From: Octopus vulgaris
Lineage: Eukaryota
NCBI GenBank assembly: GCA_951406725.2
Contig: OX597816.1
Location: 70,990,001 to 71,054,000 of the forward strand
DNA length: 64,000 nt
Direction: 5' to 3'
Each line of letters begins with the position of its first letter. Positions within the stretch are counted from its first letter, which is position 1. Shown piece by piece: positions 63,111-64,000 of this stretch. The notes under the pieces were generated by a model. It made no database searches. It saw only the letters and a program-made list of their open reading frames with translations, and had not been told where the DNA came from. A program made the translations under genes and the position numbers.

Positions 63111-63173
<63 letters not shown>

Positions 63174-64000
63174 TGAAACTAATACACACGCACACACACT
63201 CATATTGCAGCAAGACGAAATTAAATAGAATAAAGATTTATGAAATGTGGGGCTGCTAGATAAATGTAAGTTGTTGTTGTGTCTGTCGTCGAGCTCAAGG
63301 TTAGCCGCAACTAAGAAAACCTATAATCAAGGGCGTCTTTTTTGTCTTTTATCATTCTTTTGTTTTAATCATTGGCCTGCGCTCATACTGGAGCACTGCC
63401 TTGAAAAGTTAAGTCGAACAAATTGACATCTGTGCCAGTTGCTTTTCTGTTATTTCTGTTTTGTAGGCCCGGTAATTTTTCGACCTTTTTCTTTGCCCAA
63501 TCACTAAGCTACAGTGATGTACACAAACCAGCACCAGTGTCCGGTTGTCAAGCCGTATCGAAGGGAGTACAAATACAAAGTTAAGTACATACACAAACAC
63601 GCACAATTAGTAGCACTTGCATCTGCAAGTTGTTTGTAATATATATATATAATACAGTATACATTAAGGGGTATCAATTATAGGACTCCCTTACGCTAGA
63701 AAGAACAACAACATTTCAAACCACTAATTAGGGATAAATTCTCGAAGGGAAGGAAAAATAAAAACGGGTCAATACCCAGAAACTGCAGTCCGTGCGTATT
63801 ACTTAGGTTGACGAGGGAAGGATGACCTCCCTTTGCAAATACCGATAGGACACAGAAAGTGTGTCAATAGCCAGCTGGAGAAGATGTTCTCCTGGGGCTA
63901 CAGTAACATCCACCCTTAGTGGTTAGCCATATTTAGATGGCAAATATACTTCACATTGTCGTGCAGTTACTGTTTATACCTCGTTCAGAAAAATAAAAAC

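Noticed and set aside
62045-63172. ORFs of 200-280 aa rich in Y/I/C/V
   Set aside because: Microsatellite and minisatellite translations

Overview
AT-rich eukaryotic non-coding DNA, inferred to be cephalopod (Octopus-like) from its SINE families and extreme microsatellite load. I found no convincing host protein-coding exon; most listed ORFs are translations of microsatellites or SINEs. The window is a dense mosaic of mobile-element remains: several tRNA-derived SINE families, RTE, CR1-group and R4/Dong (RLE) LINE fragments, Tc1/mariner elements (DD35E, DD36E, DD41D-like, two mariners), a hAT-Charlie MITE, a Helitron with an uninterrupted 400-aa Pif1 helicase frame, and many Penelope-like terminal-repeat remnants embedded in (TA)n. 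The most notable signals: (1) several hammerhead-ribozyme motifs in the Penelope-like remnants, including one family whose four copies all have U in place of the conserved core A6 while position 7 takes all four bases; (2) a SINE subfamily whose 3' end always abuts GGTATT, a motif in its own head, forming a 3x184-bp array with a 17-bp TSD; (3) a stack of Dong/R4 elements in (TAA)n tracts that double as SINE tails; (4) an RTE in inverted configuration enclosing an unexplained ~300-bp open frame. All calls were made by eye. Boundaries are approximate unless TIRs or TSDs are quoted.
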